Of a DNA stretch of 64,000 nt, positions 1 through 13,548 are shown one piece after another. Made by a program: the position numbers and the translations under genes. The notes under the pieces were generated by a model, which was not told where the DNA came from, made no database searches, and worked only from the letters and a program-made list of their open reading frames with translations. Positions within the stretch are counted from its first letter, which is position 1, and each line of letters starts with the position of its first letter. This DNA is from Sphaerodactylus townsendi. Lineage: Eukaryota. The stretch is from positions 91,016,001-91,080,000 of the forward strand of contig NC_059429.1 of assembly GCF_021028975.2 (NCBI RefSeq), in the 5' to 3' direction.

Positions 1-1255
1 CCTTGTTGTCTTTTGAAGTGATCGACAACATTGGGGTTGCATTTTCTAGCACACACCTTTTTTCCTATTCTTTGACCCCAGAAGATATTTCAAAACCCAC
101 TCAAGACTGTATTATTAGTTTTAAAATATGTACTACAGAAAGCACATAACACTATTGCAGCACAGGGGGATGCAGGGTTCTCCATTATTTCCACCTCTTG
201 AATCTGTTTCTAGTTTCCGAGCCTGCCTTGTTTTCATCATCCAACTGTCCTCCATAATTCCCCAGAATATGTTTGAATTCAGAATAAAAGATCAATCATT
301 CCATTTTGAGTTCATCTATATGTATTGACTATCTGAGCTGGGTAGCTGTACAGCAGAGAACATTTCCACACTCACACTCTTTCCCCTAAACTTGATCAAG
401 AAAAAGAGTTAGCCATTCCTATAGAATGGGCCTGCTAAAAATCTTCTTCAGAAAAAAACAACAGAAAATAGATCTCCTAGCAGCAGACATGCTTTGTGTT
501 CAGTTAGAAGTCCAAATGAAGAAAGTCATGCAAACAAAGAACAGGCTGTGTCAAAGTGAGTATGTGAGTTGGAAAAAAAGTGACTCGGTGCACCCCTGCA
601 CTCTCCTTCTCAGCTTTGAACTGACAACTCAGGGTATAGGAAATTGCTGAAAGTGCCCCGATTCACAGCACTGTGATGATCCAGAAACTGAGCCATACAA
701 CACCCTCTCTTATCAGTGGCAGGCCACTCCTTGTGCTGTAAAATGATACACTTGGTCAACTGTTTACAGCAAGCTTGTGATTGTGAAGCTGGTTAACATG
801 TTAATGGAGACCCTGATGTACATATAAAGAGGCTGGAAACAATCTCAGGTTGGTTAGTGTTGAGTTGGAAAGTTGCTGAAGTTGTGGTCTGCCCTAACAG
901 CTGCAAGGAACAGAGAACTCATTCTAGGGCTGCCTGAACATCCACTGATTTGGTTCACATCCTGTTTGTCAGTTCAGAACAAGGAGCAAGCATTTAAATG
1001 ATTCATTGCCAAATGAAACAAACCCTGTGATTGGCTCATATATGATGGTCACACTAGAACAAGGTAAGTCACTGCTGAATATGTTTGATGCATTTCTAAC
1101 TGATTCACCATCCCTTCCTATTGATTAATATCCATTTTTTGGAGAGAGAAAAGCTATGCAGAAAAAGGTGATTCAGAAAAAAGTGATGCGGAGCCTTCCA
1201 GCCAATCAGAGTGCAGAGGGCTATGCATGATGTGCACGCAGCCTTTTTTTTGTTT

Positions 1256-2802
1256 TATTTTTATTTATTTATTTATTTATTTATTAAACTTTTATACCGC
1301 CCCATCCTCCAGGGGCTCTGGGCGGTGTACAGCATAAAACATGGTAAAACAAGTCACTAAAATCTTTAAAACAGCGGTAACAAACATTAATAGTAATCCA
1401 TAAAATAGCTTAAAACTCATAAAACAGCAAAAAACCATAATACATAATAAAAGGCGTCCGACCCCAATTTAAAACCTACCCCCATGAGGGGGGATGGCAG
1501 GACCCCTCAATATGAGGGGACCCTGATGTAACTGCCCTAGGGGCAGGGCAGTAAGGGGGCACCATATCAGCAGCTGGACACTCCAAAGGCCCGGTGGAAC
1601 AACACAGTCTTACAGGCCCTGCGGAACTCACCCAGGTCCCGCAGGGCCCGGACAGCTGGAGGAAGGGTGTTCCACCAGGCCGGGGCCAGTGCCGTAAAGG
1701 TCCTGGCCCGCGTGGAGGCCAGCCGCATCATAGAGGGGCCGGGGGCCACCAGTAAGTTGGCCTCTGCAGAGCGCAGAGGCCGAGTTGGGACATATGGGGT
1801 GATGCGGTCCCGAAGGTACGAGGGTCCCAGGCCGCGCAAAGCCTTAAAGGTCAAAACCCACACCTTGAAGATGATTCGGAATTCAACCGGGAGCCAATGC
1901 AGCTGTCGCAACACAGGCTGGATGTGTTCTCTGAAGGCGCCTCCTGTGAGCAGGCGTGCTGCCGCATGTTGGACCAGTTTTAACTTCCGAATCAAACGCA
2001 AGGGAAGGCCGGCGTACAGCGAGTTACAATAGTCCAGCCTGGAGGTGACCGTTGCATGGATCACAGTGGCCAGATCCGCCTGGGAGAGGAAGGGAGCCAA
2101 CCGCCGGGCCTGGCGAAGATGGAAAAATGCAGTCCGGGTTGTATGGGCCACCTGGGTCTCCATTGAGAGAGACGAATCCAGGTGGACCCCCAGACTGCGA
2201 ACAGAGGGGGTCGGCGCCAATGAGACCCCCTCCCACACCGGCGGCTGGAAATCCCTAACCTCACCCCTGCGGTCTAGCCAGAGGATCTCCGTCTTCGATG
2301 GATTCAGTTGCAACCTGCTCTGCCGCAACCAACCAGCTACCGCCTCCAAACAATGCTGGAGAGCCGCAGGGGCGGCAACCGCTCCCCCCTCCATCAACAG
2401 AATGAGCTGAGTGTCATCAGCATATTGATGACAGATCAGCCCAAAGCTCCGCACCAACTGAGCAAGTGGTCGCATATAGATGTTAAATAATAGCGGGGAT
2501 AGCAGCGCTCCCTGCGGTACTCCGCACTGAAGCGGGCACCTCCGGGAGGCTTCATCCCCGCACCACACTTGCTGACTCCGGTCCCGGAGAAACGAGGCAA
2601 TCCACTGAAGGACAGTGCCCCGTACCCCGGAAGCGGCCAGGCGGTGGGTCAAAAGGTCGTGATCGACCATATCAAACGCTGCGGTAAGATCTAACAAAAC
2701 CAGCAGCGCCGATCCGCCCCGGTCGAGTTGCATACGGAGCGTGTCTGTGATGGCGACAAGAGCGGTCTCCGTCCCATGCCCAGCACGGAAGCCGGACTGG
2801 AA
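1256..2802 (-). mobile_element. L2-clade LINE, 5'-truncated, young
   Basis: RT ORF on the minus strand, a 3' UTR and an (ATAA)n tail at ~1256-1285. The 5' break falls at 2802 within FQSGFRAGHGTET. CpG-rich. Possible short TSD GTTTT. Confidence 0.9.
1567..2802 (-). CDS. LINE ORF2 reverse transcriptase, C-terminal part (open frame, 5'-truncated)
   Basis: Motifs QSGFR, LLDLTAAFDMVDH, GVPQGALLSPLLFNIY, YADDTQL and the L2-type tail SRLDYCNSL...LHWLPV. The frame stays open upstream of the tracked Met at 2733. Confidence 0.9.
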   Translation of the reverse strand, partial: FQSGFRAGHGTETALVAITDTLRMQLDRGGSALLVLLDLTAAFDMVDHDLLTHRLAASGVRGTVLQWIASFLRDRSQQVWCGDEASRRCPLQCGVPQGALLSPLLFNIYMRPLAQLVRSFGLICHQYADDTQLILLMEGGAVAAPAALQHCLEAVAGWLRQSRLQLNPSKTEILWLDRRGEVRDFQPPVWEGVSLAPTPSVRSLGVHLDSSLSMETQVAHTTRTAFFHLRQARRLAPFLSQADLATVIHATVTSRLDYCNSLYAGLPLRLIRKLKLVQHAAARLLTGGAFREHIQPVLRQLHWLPVEFRIIFKVWVLTFKALRGLGPSYLRDRITPYVPTRPLRSAEANLLVAPGPSMMRLASTRARTFTALAPAWWNTLPPAVRALRDLGEFRRACKTVLFHRAFGVSSC

Positions 2803-3530
2803 GTTTTGTGCTGGTGGTGGCTACATTGAAACACGGCTGTGTGGAATGTGATTTCTGTGCCATCTGTAAGCTAAAATTAGACTTTTATGCCAATGCAGCT
2901 GCATGGGCAAAGAATGCCAAAAAACTAGAAGCCGTGCATAAACGTAGCTTAGTGTAGGCGGGGAAATCTATGTATGTGCATAGAGATATAGCTGTGCAAA
3001 AAAAGTTTTTAAAAATTCCCACCCCAACACAACGCAACAGCCAATCAGGACAAGGAACAACAGAGTCGCTGAGCAGATCACGCGTTCGTGGGGAGTGCTG
3101 CACTGTTTGAAACCGTGATAAACACTGATGTCCTTATCAAACTCATGCTGTAGTGGGGAGGGTGAAACTGCAATGAAAAGGTTCTGTTTCTTTTGAAACC
3201 TGGTTGTATTTGGCTTTAATTTGCCAGTGGGGATTCCACCTTTATGAAACCCAGTGTAAAAATGCAGTTTTCAAATAAAAAATAATACTGTGGAGTTAAA
3301 CTTTGACAATAACTTTGTATTTTGCTCACTCATGCATGGATCAGATTATTTTAGTTATTTAATTTGTATGCTGCTTTTAAGCCCATCTGTGGTTTCCAGG
3401 ACTACTTGCAACATTTTTAAAAACACACAGTGATTTCAGTCACAATATAGTAAAGCAAAGTAAGGCACCATCCTGAGCTAATTAGTCCAAATTCTGGACT
3501 CATTTTTCCCCCTAGTTTTCCCTGGAAGAC

Positions 3531-4404
3531 TGTCCAGGAGTGGGGACCACCCCCTCCTCAGACTTGCCAGCCAAGCCCTGCTGAGTCGGGTCCATTCCTG
3601 CACTGGGGTGCAGGCGGGAAGTGGCTGGGAACCTGGCCTCCCTTTCCCCCGTGTGGGAGAGGGACGTGGAGGCTCTCATTGTCTGTGGAACCAGGTGCGG
3701 CGGGAGGATGGTGGGCCTGAGAAGTTGGCACAGAGTGTTTCAGACAAGGTAGGCCAGACACCATCAGAGGCACCCTGTAGGGGTGCGCCCCTACAGAGTC
3801 GAGGCTGCTTCGGCTGGGGAGGTGGCTTTTGGGCGCCTGAGCAATTGCCCGGCTGGGCAAGGACAATGGGAGAGGGCGGGGCAGAACTGGGGGGGGGCTT
3901 GTTGCAGGAGCTGAGACGGAAGGGGATAAGAAGAGCGGCACAAGGAAGGGCGAGTTCGTCTGTTGGGATAAGGGAGTGAAGCGGGTGGCTGAGCATGTGG
4001 AGGGTGGACGGGAGAGAAGGAGTGAGGAAGGAGGAGAACAGTAAAGAAGTGAGAAGTAGAGAGGAAGAGGCAAGGGGAGATAGAGAGCAGAAGAAGGGAG
4101 AAGGCGCTGACAGGGAACAGGAGGAAGAGAGAGAGACCAGGGAAACCCACAGGCTCAAAAGCATAGAGCCAGCAACATCAGGCGGGCCAAGCTTATAGGA
4201 CATGCATTTGAGAGCTCTCCCTAATCAGTCAGACAAGCTGTGGCTTCAAAGATTGACCCAGCTAGTCCACCCCCCCTGAGAACGGGGGTGAGGCTGGGGA
4301 TTCCAACACCCAGGCAGGAGTAGGAGGGTTGGTACCAGGGGCTCTGTTGGGGACCTTGCAAGGGGAGCGGGACAAAGACCTAAAGAGACCGTGCCAGCCT
4401 TACA
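3531..4404. repeat. GC/purine-rich interspersed repeat, possible solo LTR
   Basis: Abrupt GC-rich block beginning TGT and ending CCTTACA, with a GA-rich tract at ~3990-4150. No clean TSD; boundaries approximate. Confidence 0.35.
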
Positions 4405-5859
4405 TCCTGAGAGAAGGAATTCCCACCAATCTTACCTCAAACAAGGGTGGATTGTCTATTTGCTTTACTAGGAAAATTCCAGTGTCTCACTGCCCTGGAT
4501 GGACATCCAGCTTTGTCCAGCCTGAAGGCAGAAAATAGGCACACAGCAGTACTTTCCTGCTATCCGATTGGTTCTTTGGCCCTCATGCAGTTGAGAGTTG
4601 GTATGGCAGTCAGACAAGGCAGGGCCCTTTTGGCCTTGTAGGTTGCCACAGGTGGTACCAAAGTACATAATTAAAATGAATAGCTATTTTTTTTTCAAAA
4701 GGTTTGCCTATAATGGAATGAACATTTAATTTCTTCAGGTAATAAGAGATCTGAATTGTAGCTCACTTGATCAAGATTTTGGAATGTTTGGAATTTAACT
4801 CCTCAGCAAATCAATGAATTGTCAACATGTCTGACAATGAAGTGGTTTCTGTTTTGCAAACTGTACATGATTAATCCTTAGCATAAAGCCAATGACTTGC
4901 ACAGAAGAATTTGGGACACTTTGTTTTGTATAATTGAACAGATGTATTGAATCAATACTGTCCTTTCTGTGAAACCACAGTGGTCCCATGGGAACTATTA
5001 CAGTCTCTGTGGAAAGAAATGTAAAGGAGGTGCAGTTGTTATCCTGAGATCATGGAAACAATAGTGCTTAATGGCTCCATTTGAGATCTTATGGTTGGTC
5101 ATGCCAATATATTGTTAGGGAATCTTGATCTAAAGATGATTGACATTTACACTGCATTCATTGCCTTCAGAACTGTTGTGGACATCTGTATAGCTAATGC
5201 ATTGCTTTGGACTACTGGACTGGAGATGTCGCATTTCAATAAAATTAGTGCTCATGTCATTGCCAACTAAAGCATTACACAATGAATCACACAAGCACTT
5301 CAGTAAATTCAGCTGAATGTCCTTGTACCCTGGCTGTGTTCCAGTTCAGATGACATTCATAATGCCTGCCTAGTCACCCTCTGAACTCCCACCTCCATTT
5401 CCATTTTTATGTTGCAAACAAATGTGTAATTTTGCTGTTCGCTATGCCCGAGGTGGGGGTGAACTACCTTTTTGCTGGAGGTTACAAGAAGGCTCTCCAT
5501 CTGGAACTGGGATGCTTGCCAAGAGTTTAGGACTGAAACAAACATCGCAAAGCTAAACTAACAGTACTAGTATAAATATTCAGTCTAGAAAATAAATATT
5601 TATATTAATGTATAGATTTTAAAAATATTGTTTTGATTCAGCTTAAATTAAATGAATACAATACACATTTCTTTTTTCTTAAGCAGCAAGAATTATTATG
5701 TAATATGTACAGAGAACTCTACAGATTATGCACCCTAAAAATCCTGCATATGTACCACTGCCAAGCTGTCTTTTTCTTCTATGTGGATTCATTTCTTCCC
5801 ACAATACCTTTGTCCTAACTCTGAATCTCTCTGCTTCTGAGTAACTGGAATATGCATGT

Positions 5860-6040
5860 AAGCACCTGCAACTGCTTTAATGGAGTTCTGGTTGTTGCAT
5901 CTCAAAATATTGCAGAGCTGGAAAAAGTATAGAAGAGGGCAGCCATGATGGGTGTGGAGATTATGAGGAAAGGCTGAAGAGAGTGGGGTTTCCAATGTAG
6001 AAATAAGGCAGCTGGCAACTCTACCATGAAGACCTGGGTT
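5860..6040 (+). mobile_element. CR1 LINE remnant
   Basis: ATATTGCAGAGCTGGAAAAAGTATAGAAGAGGGCAGCC resembles the CR1 ORF2 'ELEKVQKRAT' segment; degraded. Confidence 0.6.
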
Positions 6041-6164
6041 CAAATTTATACTCAGCCCTAATTATTACTAATTATGCAATTGAGATGATTATGATGATAG
6101 TAATTGTGATAACAGGGAGAAGAGCAGTTGTAGTAAGAAATAACCCAACATTAGAAAATAGTTT

Positions 6165-6580
6165 TAGTGCTGCCCCTCCCCTCTGGGGCTCTGGGTGGTT
6201 CACAACAAAGAATATACATACATAACATATAATATGATAAAATTATAAAACTAGAAATTCTAGAAATTGAAATCTGTATCAAAGTGGCAAAAACATCCCA
6301 TTACAACTGAGTTCAGATAAACTTTGAAAAAGAGGGTGAGGATAGAGAAGAAAGATTTACCATGGAATGGAGGTGGATGGGGGCAGAGATGATAATTGTT
6401 GCTGCCTCAACCATATGCCTGGTGGAACAGTTCCATCTTAAGGCTCTGCAGAACTGCATTAGATCCCGCAGAGCCCTAGACACAGAGCATGCCAGGGCCA
6501 GGGCTGAAAAAGCCCTGACTCTGATTGAGGCCAGCCGGACTTTCTCAGGTCAGTGACCACAGGTAAGTTATCACTCAATG
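6165..6580 (-). mobile_element. L2 LINE 3' remnant
   Basis: Similar to the 3' end of the 1256-2802 element (GGGGCTCTGGGTGG; GCCTGGTGGAACAG; GAGGCCAGCCG). Confidence 0.7.
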
Positions 6581-8914
6581 AACACAGTTTTCATTCAAAG
6601 TTTAAAAGTTTTTTAAAAATTTCTTTCCTGTTCCAAGCGTGATGTGTAGTTCTATCCTTTGATGATTTCCTAAGAAGCATTACTAGTAAAAGCATATAAC
6701 AGGAGGCATACTTCCTAAGTTACACATTGCTGACTCCTTTCTTTTGAAAAGGAACTGATGTATGGGCATCATTTCTTCACTTCTATCTTTATGATTTTGG
6801 CTCCCATACTATTGAAGGGTAGATTGGATTTGGAAGAACTTCTTGGCCTGATGTCCATGCTGCAAACTGCTGGCAAAGCAACGGCTGAAGTCTGGTAATT
6901 GCAATGAAGTTACAAATGGAACTGCCACAAGACCAGATGGGTTTCGGCAGGCTCAGGCATAACTGTTGCCAGAGGTACTGGACAATGTGCCAGAAGTAAC
7001 CATTAGCACTATACAGGAATTCCATTTTGGATACTACACATTCACGGGCACACAAGAGAACTTGATGGCTCATGAAATTTCTTCCAGTACTTTGTTTCTA
7101 TGATTCCGAGAAGTACAAAGCTTATATTATAAGCAATTTTCTGGCTGTGGGGTTGGAAGATAGATTGGTGCTTCATACATATGAATATAGTATCCCGCAT
7201 AAGTTGCTTCTACACTATCATCACAAACCCCATTAATAATTCTGCCTTTTTCAGTCTGCCGAGGTTTTGAAGTCTCTACTTAGTGCTAACAATAAGGTAA
7301 TTTTAATGTATGAATAAGAACAAAAAGTCAGCCTGATTACAAAGGAGGTCTGAGACCTTTGTGCTGCATTTCACTACCAGCCACCAGATAGCCCTTTTAT
7401 GGCCTTATAATAACCGAAACTTTTGAACAATCATCAGCCAACAATAGAGCTGATGTTCAAGAAATTGAGCTTTGTGCCACTGTATCCCTTCCAAGAAAAG
7501 CATCACACCCCCCCCCCCTTAAAAATACATATAATAATCAGGACTTTCTCAGACGTTTATTACTAGCCTGAAGTCATTTTCACACTTTAGAAATGACTTA
7601 ATAAGCAGGGAAATTAAACAGTGAAATTGGTTTGCATCTTCCTATTTGACTGAGTATATTCACAGGAGTGCTTTGGATCTTGATTCTACAGTGGAATTTT
7701 CAGTTTTTCAACTTAATCTACACACTAGCTTTGAATTGTGCAAGTAATGCTTACAACTTCTGTTTTATTTTGGTAATTTACAAATTCATGCCAGCTGGTG
7801 GCTGTCATTCAACAAGAGACTGGGGGGAGGGCCATGGAACATTCCATGAAATCAATGGGATGGCATCATTTCCAGAGCAAACATACAAGCAACATTATAC
7901 TACTTTGTGATTTTACCACAGAGTTTCCACTGAATCCTACAGCAGCATGACATTACTTCTGGGTTCACCCCAGAAATGAAATGATGCCACAAGGTCAGTG
8001 TGACAGCAATTTTTACCTTTTTTTCTTTTGCCAGCCTCCTGAATAGCAGCAGGGGTCAGGGGTTTGATATAGTGGGAGAACTGGAAACTGTAGATAATGG
8101 ATAAGCAGGAGAGGGGGCCAGGACACTCATGCTGGCTGCTACCCCCAAGTTCGTCATCCCTGAAGATCCCCTTTTTTGTCATAACTTCTTCTTTTCTCTG
8201 TACACATGTATGGCTCAGTGTGGGCCTAGAAATGATAGAATGAGTCTGAATTAAACTGATATCAAAAGGCATTGAGTCATGCTAAGAAGAAAGGGAATGC
8301 AGGGCAGCTCCTCTATCAATCATGCAAATACTCACTGAAGAGGGATTCAGTCAATGGTCATTTGCACCAAGGACCTAAGAGTTCTTACCAGATAATTTTT
8401 TCCTAACTAATGACTCAGATCTCCAATACAATAAGCAACAGGCCAATTTGAGCCCCACTGAATATAATCAGATTTACTTCTGTATAAACAAGCACAATAT
8501 TGAATTGTAGGGACAAAATCCTACCAAATTCTAGGACATTTTTGTGGCAGCCAGAGTTTTCAGAACAGACTGCAGTCCCCAATGGTTTCAAATCACTGTC
8601 GTTCATACAAACTAGTATATATTTTGGAAGCAGAGACATGTGGAATTAATGTTCCACTAGCCTTGAAGCTTGTGCGAGGCCTATAGACATCTGGTTTCTG
8701 GTTAATTTAGTTGACTTTCATTGTATTACATGAGATAAGAACATCAGTAACATAAACACGATTAGCCTTTTATATATATAGATGAGGGAGGAATTTTAGG
8801 TTTTTATTTTAGTCCTTCCATTCACAATTCAAGAAAATTGGGGGAGGGGTGAAGACAAAGAATATGTAAATGGGGTGGGGGAACCAAACTATGTCTTCAA
8901 CAATGGGAGAAAAC

Positions 8915-9090
8915 ATGGTTCAGTGTGGCAGAGCATCTGGTTGGCATACAAAGTTCTTGATTGCATTCACCAGCACCTCCCGTTAAAAGGATCAGGCGGT
9001 GGAAAATGTGAAAAAACCCTGCCTGAGACTCTGGAGAGCTGCTGCTAATCTGAATACCCAACAGTTGATGGATTAAGGGTCTGATTCTGT
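8915..9090 (+). mobile_element. tRNA-derived SINE with CR1-like tail, degraded
   Basis: Degenerate A/B-box head (TGGTTCAGTGTGGCAGAGCATCTG...) and body CCTGAGACTCTGGAGAGCTGCTGC. Confidence 0.55.
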
Positions 9091-10074
9091 TGGAGTGGGA
9101 CTATGGGGGTTGTTTGCCTCCATTTCTTTCAACAGTTTCCCTAGTCAGGCTGATTTCCAGTATCAGAACACATCTTGGGGAAAATATTTCCATCACAAGA
9201 GAACATTGCGGTAAGGCATGTCAGAGTTAGGAATTGTTCTTACCCACAGGCTCCACTTAGCTTTTAAAATTCATCCACTATCGCTGGCTTTAAATATGAA
9301 TAAGTACAGCCATGGATTGAATTCATACTGAACTGACAATTTCTGATTCCCCCTTCTTGCTGTAGACCCTCCTATGGCATACTTCAGGGCCACGAGGCAC
9401 ACGAAGCTGCAGTAAGAGAGAGGAAAGTTCCATTCTGCCACTGGTAAATTTAGACTGGATCTAACCTATTGCAGCCATTTATTCAGCTTGTTTGAATGTT
9501 GCTTTTTATTTTATTGCATACCTTTGTGTGCCCAGAACCTGCTTTCTTGTGTTGCCAAACACTGCCCCCCCCCCGGCCCCAGCTCATGCTACATGAAATA
9601 ATGTTAAAGGTTTTAAATTTTAAACAGAAGCTTTTTCTCCTATATGCCTGAAATTTGGCATCCAGTTGATTTGAGAGTTATAGTGAGAAATATGTTTTCC
9701 ACTAAAACCAATAGCAGTTTTTTTTTAAAGTAAGCATTATTACAACAAATTAAGAGGAACATTGTGAAACTGAAATGAAAATGAATAACATTTTTATTCA
9801 GGTCCATAAGCAAAATCAGAGAAGCGCCAGTGTGCAGCAATAAGCCCCATGGCAGGATTAATTAAAACCTTGATTGGCAGAGGAGAGGAGGCTCTGTTTG
9901 TTAACTGGAAATGCCTACCTGTAGGAGGTATGATACAGAGACTAGGTCAAGTTGTTGATAGCAGTGTTCACCTTATCTTGATTACTTACTTCTCCTGGCT
10001 ATCCTAGTTGTTTGAGGCTTACAAATATTTTTCCAGCTTTGTAACATTTTGATTTACAGACTACTTTACAGCTC

Positions 10075-10225
10075 CTGTTATATGTAGCCACACATAAGTC
10101 TTGCAAAGCAGATCACCATTATTCCTATGTCACAGATGGGGAGACTGAAACAATGTACATTGACCATGGCCATTTAAAGAGTCCATGGCAGAGATGAGAA
10201 CTGAGCCCAGATCTTTTGAACCAAA
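10075..10225 (-). mobile_element. MIR/CORE-like SINE remnant
   Basis: ATTATTCCTATGTCACAGATGGGGAGACTGAAA resembles the MIR core. Confidence 0.5.
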
Positions 10226-10439
10226 TCCAACTCTAAACCATCAGTTATGATGACATGAATCGGACATAATGCCAAACCATATTCTGGCATTTTATATATG
10301 AATTCTGTCCTTGCACACTCTCTCCTCTCCTCTTTTGAGCAATTGTAGTAAATGAATGACTTCCTCATAAGATGAAACCATAGTTCAGTATGATATCCAA
10401 AGCACCAACCGTGGTTTGGACAACAGTAGAAATAATAAT

Positions 10440-11224
10440 GTATTGAATCCAAGAAAGTGAGGGGATGAAGCACCAGTGCACACTGGCTTATTCCCACAGA
10501 CATGGTGCAGCCTTACCTGGCAGCTGCTGACGAGAGAAGGTAGGAAAAGGCAGGAAAGCCGAGCTGGCTGCTTGGTGCTTCTAAGGCAGAACTGTTGGTC
10601 AGATGGCATGTGAGTCCGCCTGCCTCAACAGTCTGAGTGTGGGTGGGACCAGGGGTGGGATTAAAACACAGCCCATCAGCCCTCATTCTCTTTCTCCTCT
10701 TTGGCTGGCCACATTTTACCTTCCTCCCTTCCCTCTTTGTTAAAAGTTGGACTAATGTTTAATTTTCTGCATGTCTTTTATTGTTTTTTTTCCCTTTTTC
10801 ACAGCTGGTGGGTTGACATTGGGGTGGAACTTTTGTGTGCCTGCCTCCCCATTGTTGGGGGACCCCATAACGGGTTTCAGGGGTTGTGGCAGGCCATGAT
10901 GCCACCTGTCTGTCCAGAAATAGTCAGCAGGACTACACCCCTGGGTGGCAAGGGGAGTGCCAGGTAGAGACTGGTGCCCTTATGGCCTCCCAATAACTTG
11001 CCACACCATGGTCCACCCCAGGCAGGCATGCAGGGGTTGAGGTGTTCATCGGGTCAGCAGGCGGGCTGCCCAATGCTTCAGATCTGCCCCCATGCCATAC
11101 CTTCACTCTTAATTGCTTATCATCAATAAATCAATTATGGTCAGCAAAATTTTACCAACAAAAGCATGTGATGCCTTTATTTGTCTACTGCCTTTCCCTC
11201 CTTCCCCTCCTTGGCCAGGCAACA
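10440..11224 (+). repeat. LTR-like solo terminal repeat
   Basis: GC-rich block with a TATA-like motif (GATTAAAA), AATAAA near 11125 and a CAACA end. It is flanked by an inverted motif (10371-10389 / 11224-11244). Start approximate. Confidence 0.4.
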
Positions 11225-12909
11225 CTAAACTATGGTTTCACATCAGAACCATACCACTCAATCAAATTCACAGACAGGCAGAAATCTGAGTGGACACCTG
11301 CAATATGTCAGACTTCATGATATTGTCCAGAACCCCCTATAACAGTCCAGTTTTCCATTTGGAAACATAGTTCCTCCTTTGATAGAAAAGACATTTGAGA
11401 GAAGGCCACTTTCATTTTTATGTAAGCTTGTTAATGAAAGAAGTAGGTGTTGTACAAAGAGATGGAAACCATTTATTCTTGTAAGTGAAGCCCATTGGTA
11501 AGCAGGAGATCCTTGCCATTTACTATTTTATGTTCCTCCTACGTACAAAATTCCCAAGCGCTAGATCTGAACTCAGCCTTATGCATAATGATTAGCAAAC
11601 AGCCAGGTTTACCTTCAAATGAGCCTGGGGTCAAAGCATTCCTTTGTGCTCGAGGGATTTGTTTTCTTTGCCTTTGGCAAAAAACCCAGATGAGAATTAA
11701 ACTACAGTTTATTGTCTCATAAAACCACAGTGGACAAATTACCCAGCTCCGCTATATTGGCTAGAATTGTTAGTTAAAAGTGACAAGCAAAGCTGTAATT
11801 TACACTGCAACACTGGCATTTTCAGCCACATTGCTGGCATTAAATCTTATACTGCAAAACCTTCTTTTGTATTTTGGATGTATTTTGTGTTCAGAATCAT
11901 TTAGCCACAGACCCTGACTGCTAATATACTTCCATCATATGCAAAGTATAAATCAAAATTACTGGATCACTCAAATTCAGACTGAGTCATTGTTTATATA
12001 GTGTTTTGCCATTTATTACATCTGCATGGGGGCTGTTAAATTATGATATATGACACATGTCTGCCTGCCATCTTGGCAGACCTTTTTCACAAATAAAAAA
12101 GTAGTGCTTAACCAATTACTCTCTTAGCTGTACAAAGAATAAGTAACAACGGTAATAAGAGCAGAACAGAGGATGACAGAACCAACTTGTTGCTTATGTA
12201 TTCAGCTTTGATATGCTAAATGAAGGAACTGCACCACTGCTCAAGAAACAACTCCTGAAACTGTTATGTGCTCTCCAAAGCATCTTTTACAACACATGTC
12301 AGAACTTTTTTCTACTTAAAAATGACACGTTCATCACTCCATGAAAGTCTTACCCAGAGATTCCACAGGGACTCGATGAACAACTCTGGTCTCTACAAAA
12401 GCTAGATCTTCTTTAGAACAATAATGAAACTTTGGGAAGGGTGTCTTGAATTCAAAGCTGAATTTCCACTGATTTTCTACCATCTTAAATGGAATCTGTA
12501 TGACAGATGAAAGACTCACAAGATACTAGAATGCCTTTGAGATCCATCATTCCTTGTCAGACAAATCAAGCCTCGTTAAGAAACAGAACATATTGGCAGT
12601 GGCTGCATTCAGATATACCAACAACCTGATCATTTAATCCAGGTTTAGACTCTTCGTTTGTAGGGAGAAAACTAGCTCCACTTAATTTGTGTACCTTCAG
12701 TTATGCAGCACAGATTATCAAAGGTAGTTTCTGACTAGGATTGTCTGTATGAAGTAGATGACCTGCGGACCCCCTGGTGTCAGACCCAGTCTTTGGGTGG
12801 TAGCAATACCAAGCCCTGGGCCCTGAATCAGTATTCCAAACTCAAAACAGAGATTTTATATTTTTTAACTAAAAGAGTGGTTGTAAATAATGGCACTAGA
12901 GTCAGCTAG

Positions 12910-13548
12910 GTCTGTAATTGCAACAGGGGGCAGGGCACGTGGTAAGAGCTTCAGAGGGGAACATGTGTGTCCCTGGGCGGCTGAACGGCTACGCCTTACC
13001 ACCTGGCAATTGCGGGCTGATGCACGCGGGCTTGAGGGTGGAGCAGGCTGCCTTTATAGGGCAACATGTGGTGGCCTCAGCCTCTTTTGATGCCTTTGAG
13101 GCAAACTGACCCACTCACCCTCCTGGAAGGGATGGGACATTTTAGTTTCTCGTTGCAGTCCTGAGGGGCAGTTTGGGTGGAGGAGCGCATAGTTTGGGGG
13201 GAGACCAGGCTTGCATGCCGGAGCTCCCTGCCCTTGGGAGCCTCCATAAGAGGCTTGGAGAAGGGGAGGGCTTGGGGAGCATGCCTCTAAGGGCCTCTGC
13301 AGGTGAGCTAGACACCCCAGATGGGTGGGCCACAAAAGGAATGGGGTAGATGCCCTGTGGCCCAGGAGATAAGTACTCCCTAAAATAGGGTGAAGCTGGG
13401 ATCAGCCTGGGAGGCTGACCAGCTGAGATCATGTGCTCCTCCTGCTCGCCCAGCTTCGCTTGTTAAGAATTATGTAAATAAAAAGAGCTGCGGCCCTATT
13501 TCAATCCAAACTGTGTCTGTGAGCTACTTGAATAGCCTCTGCACATCT
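12910..13548 (+). repeat. LTR-like terminal repeat, same family as 57552-58178
   Basis: Shared in order with the reverse complement of 57552-58178: TAATTGCRACAGGGGCAGGGCAC, AGGGTGGAGCA, GCAAACTGACCCAC, GCTGCGGCCC, CCTCTGCACATCTG. AATAAA near 13477. Confidence 0.7.

Noticed and set aside
3558-4203. Overlapping 120-175 aa ORFs
   Set aside because: Low-complexity S/P/L or E/R translations of a GA-rich repeat, with no domain.
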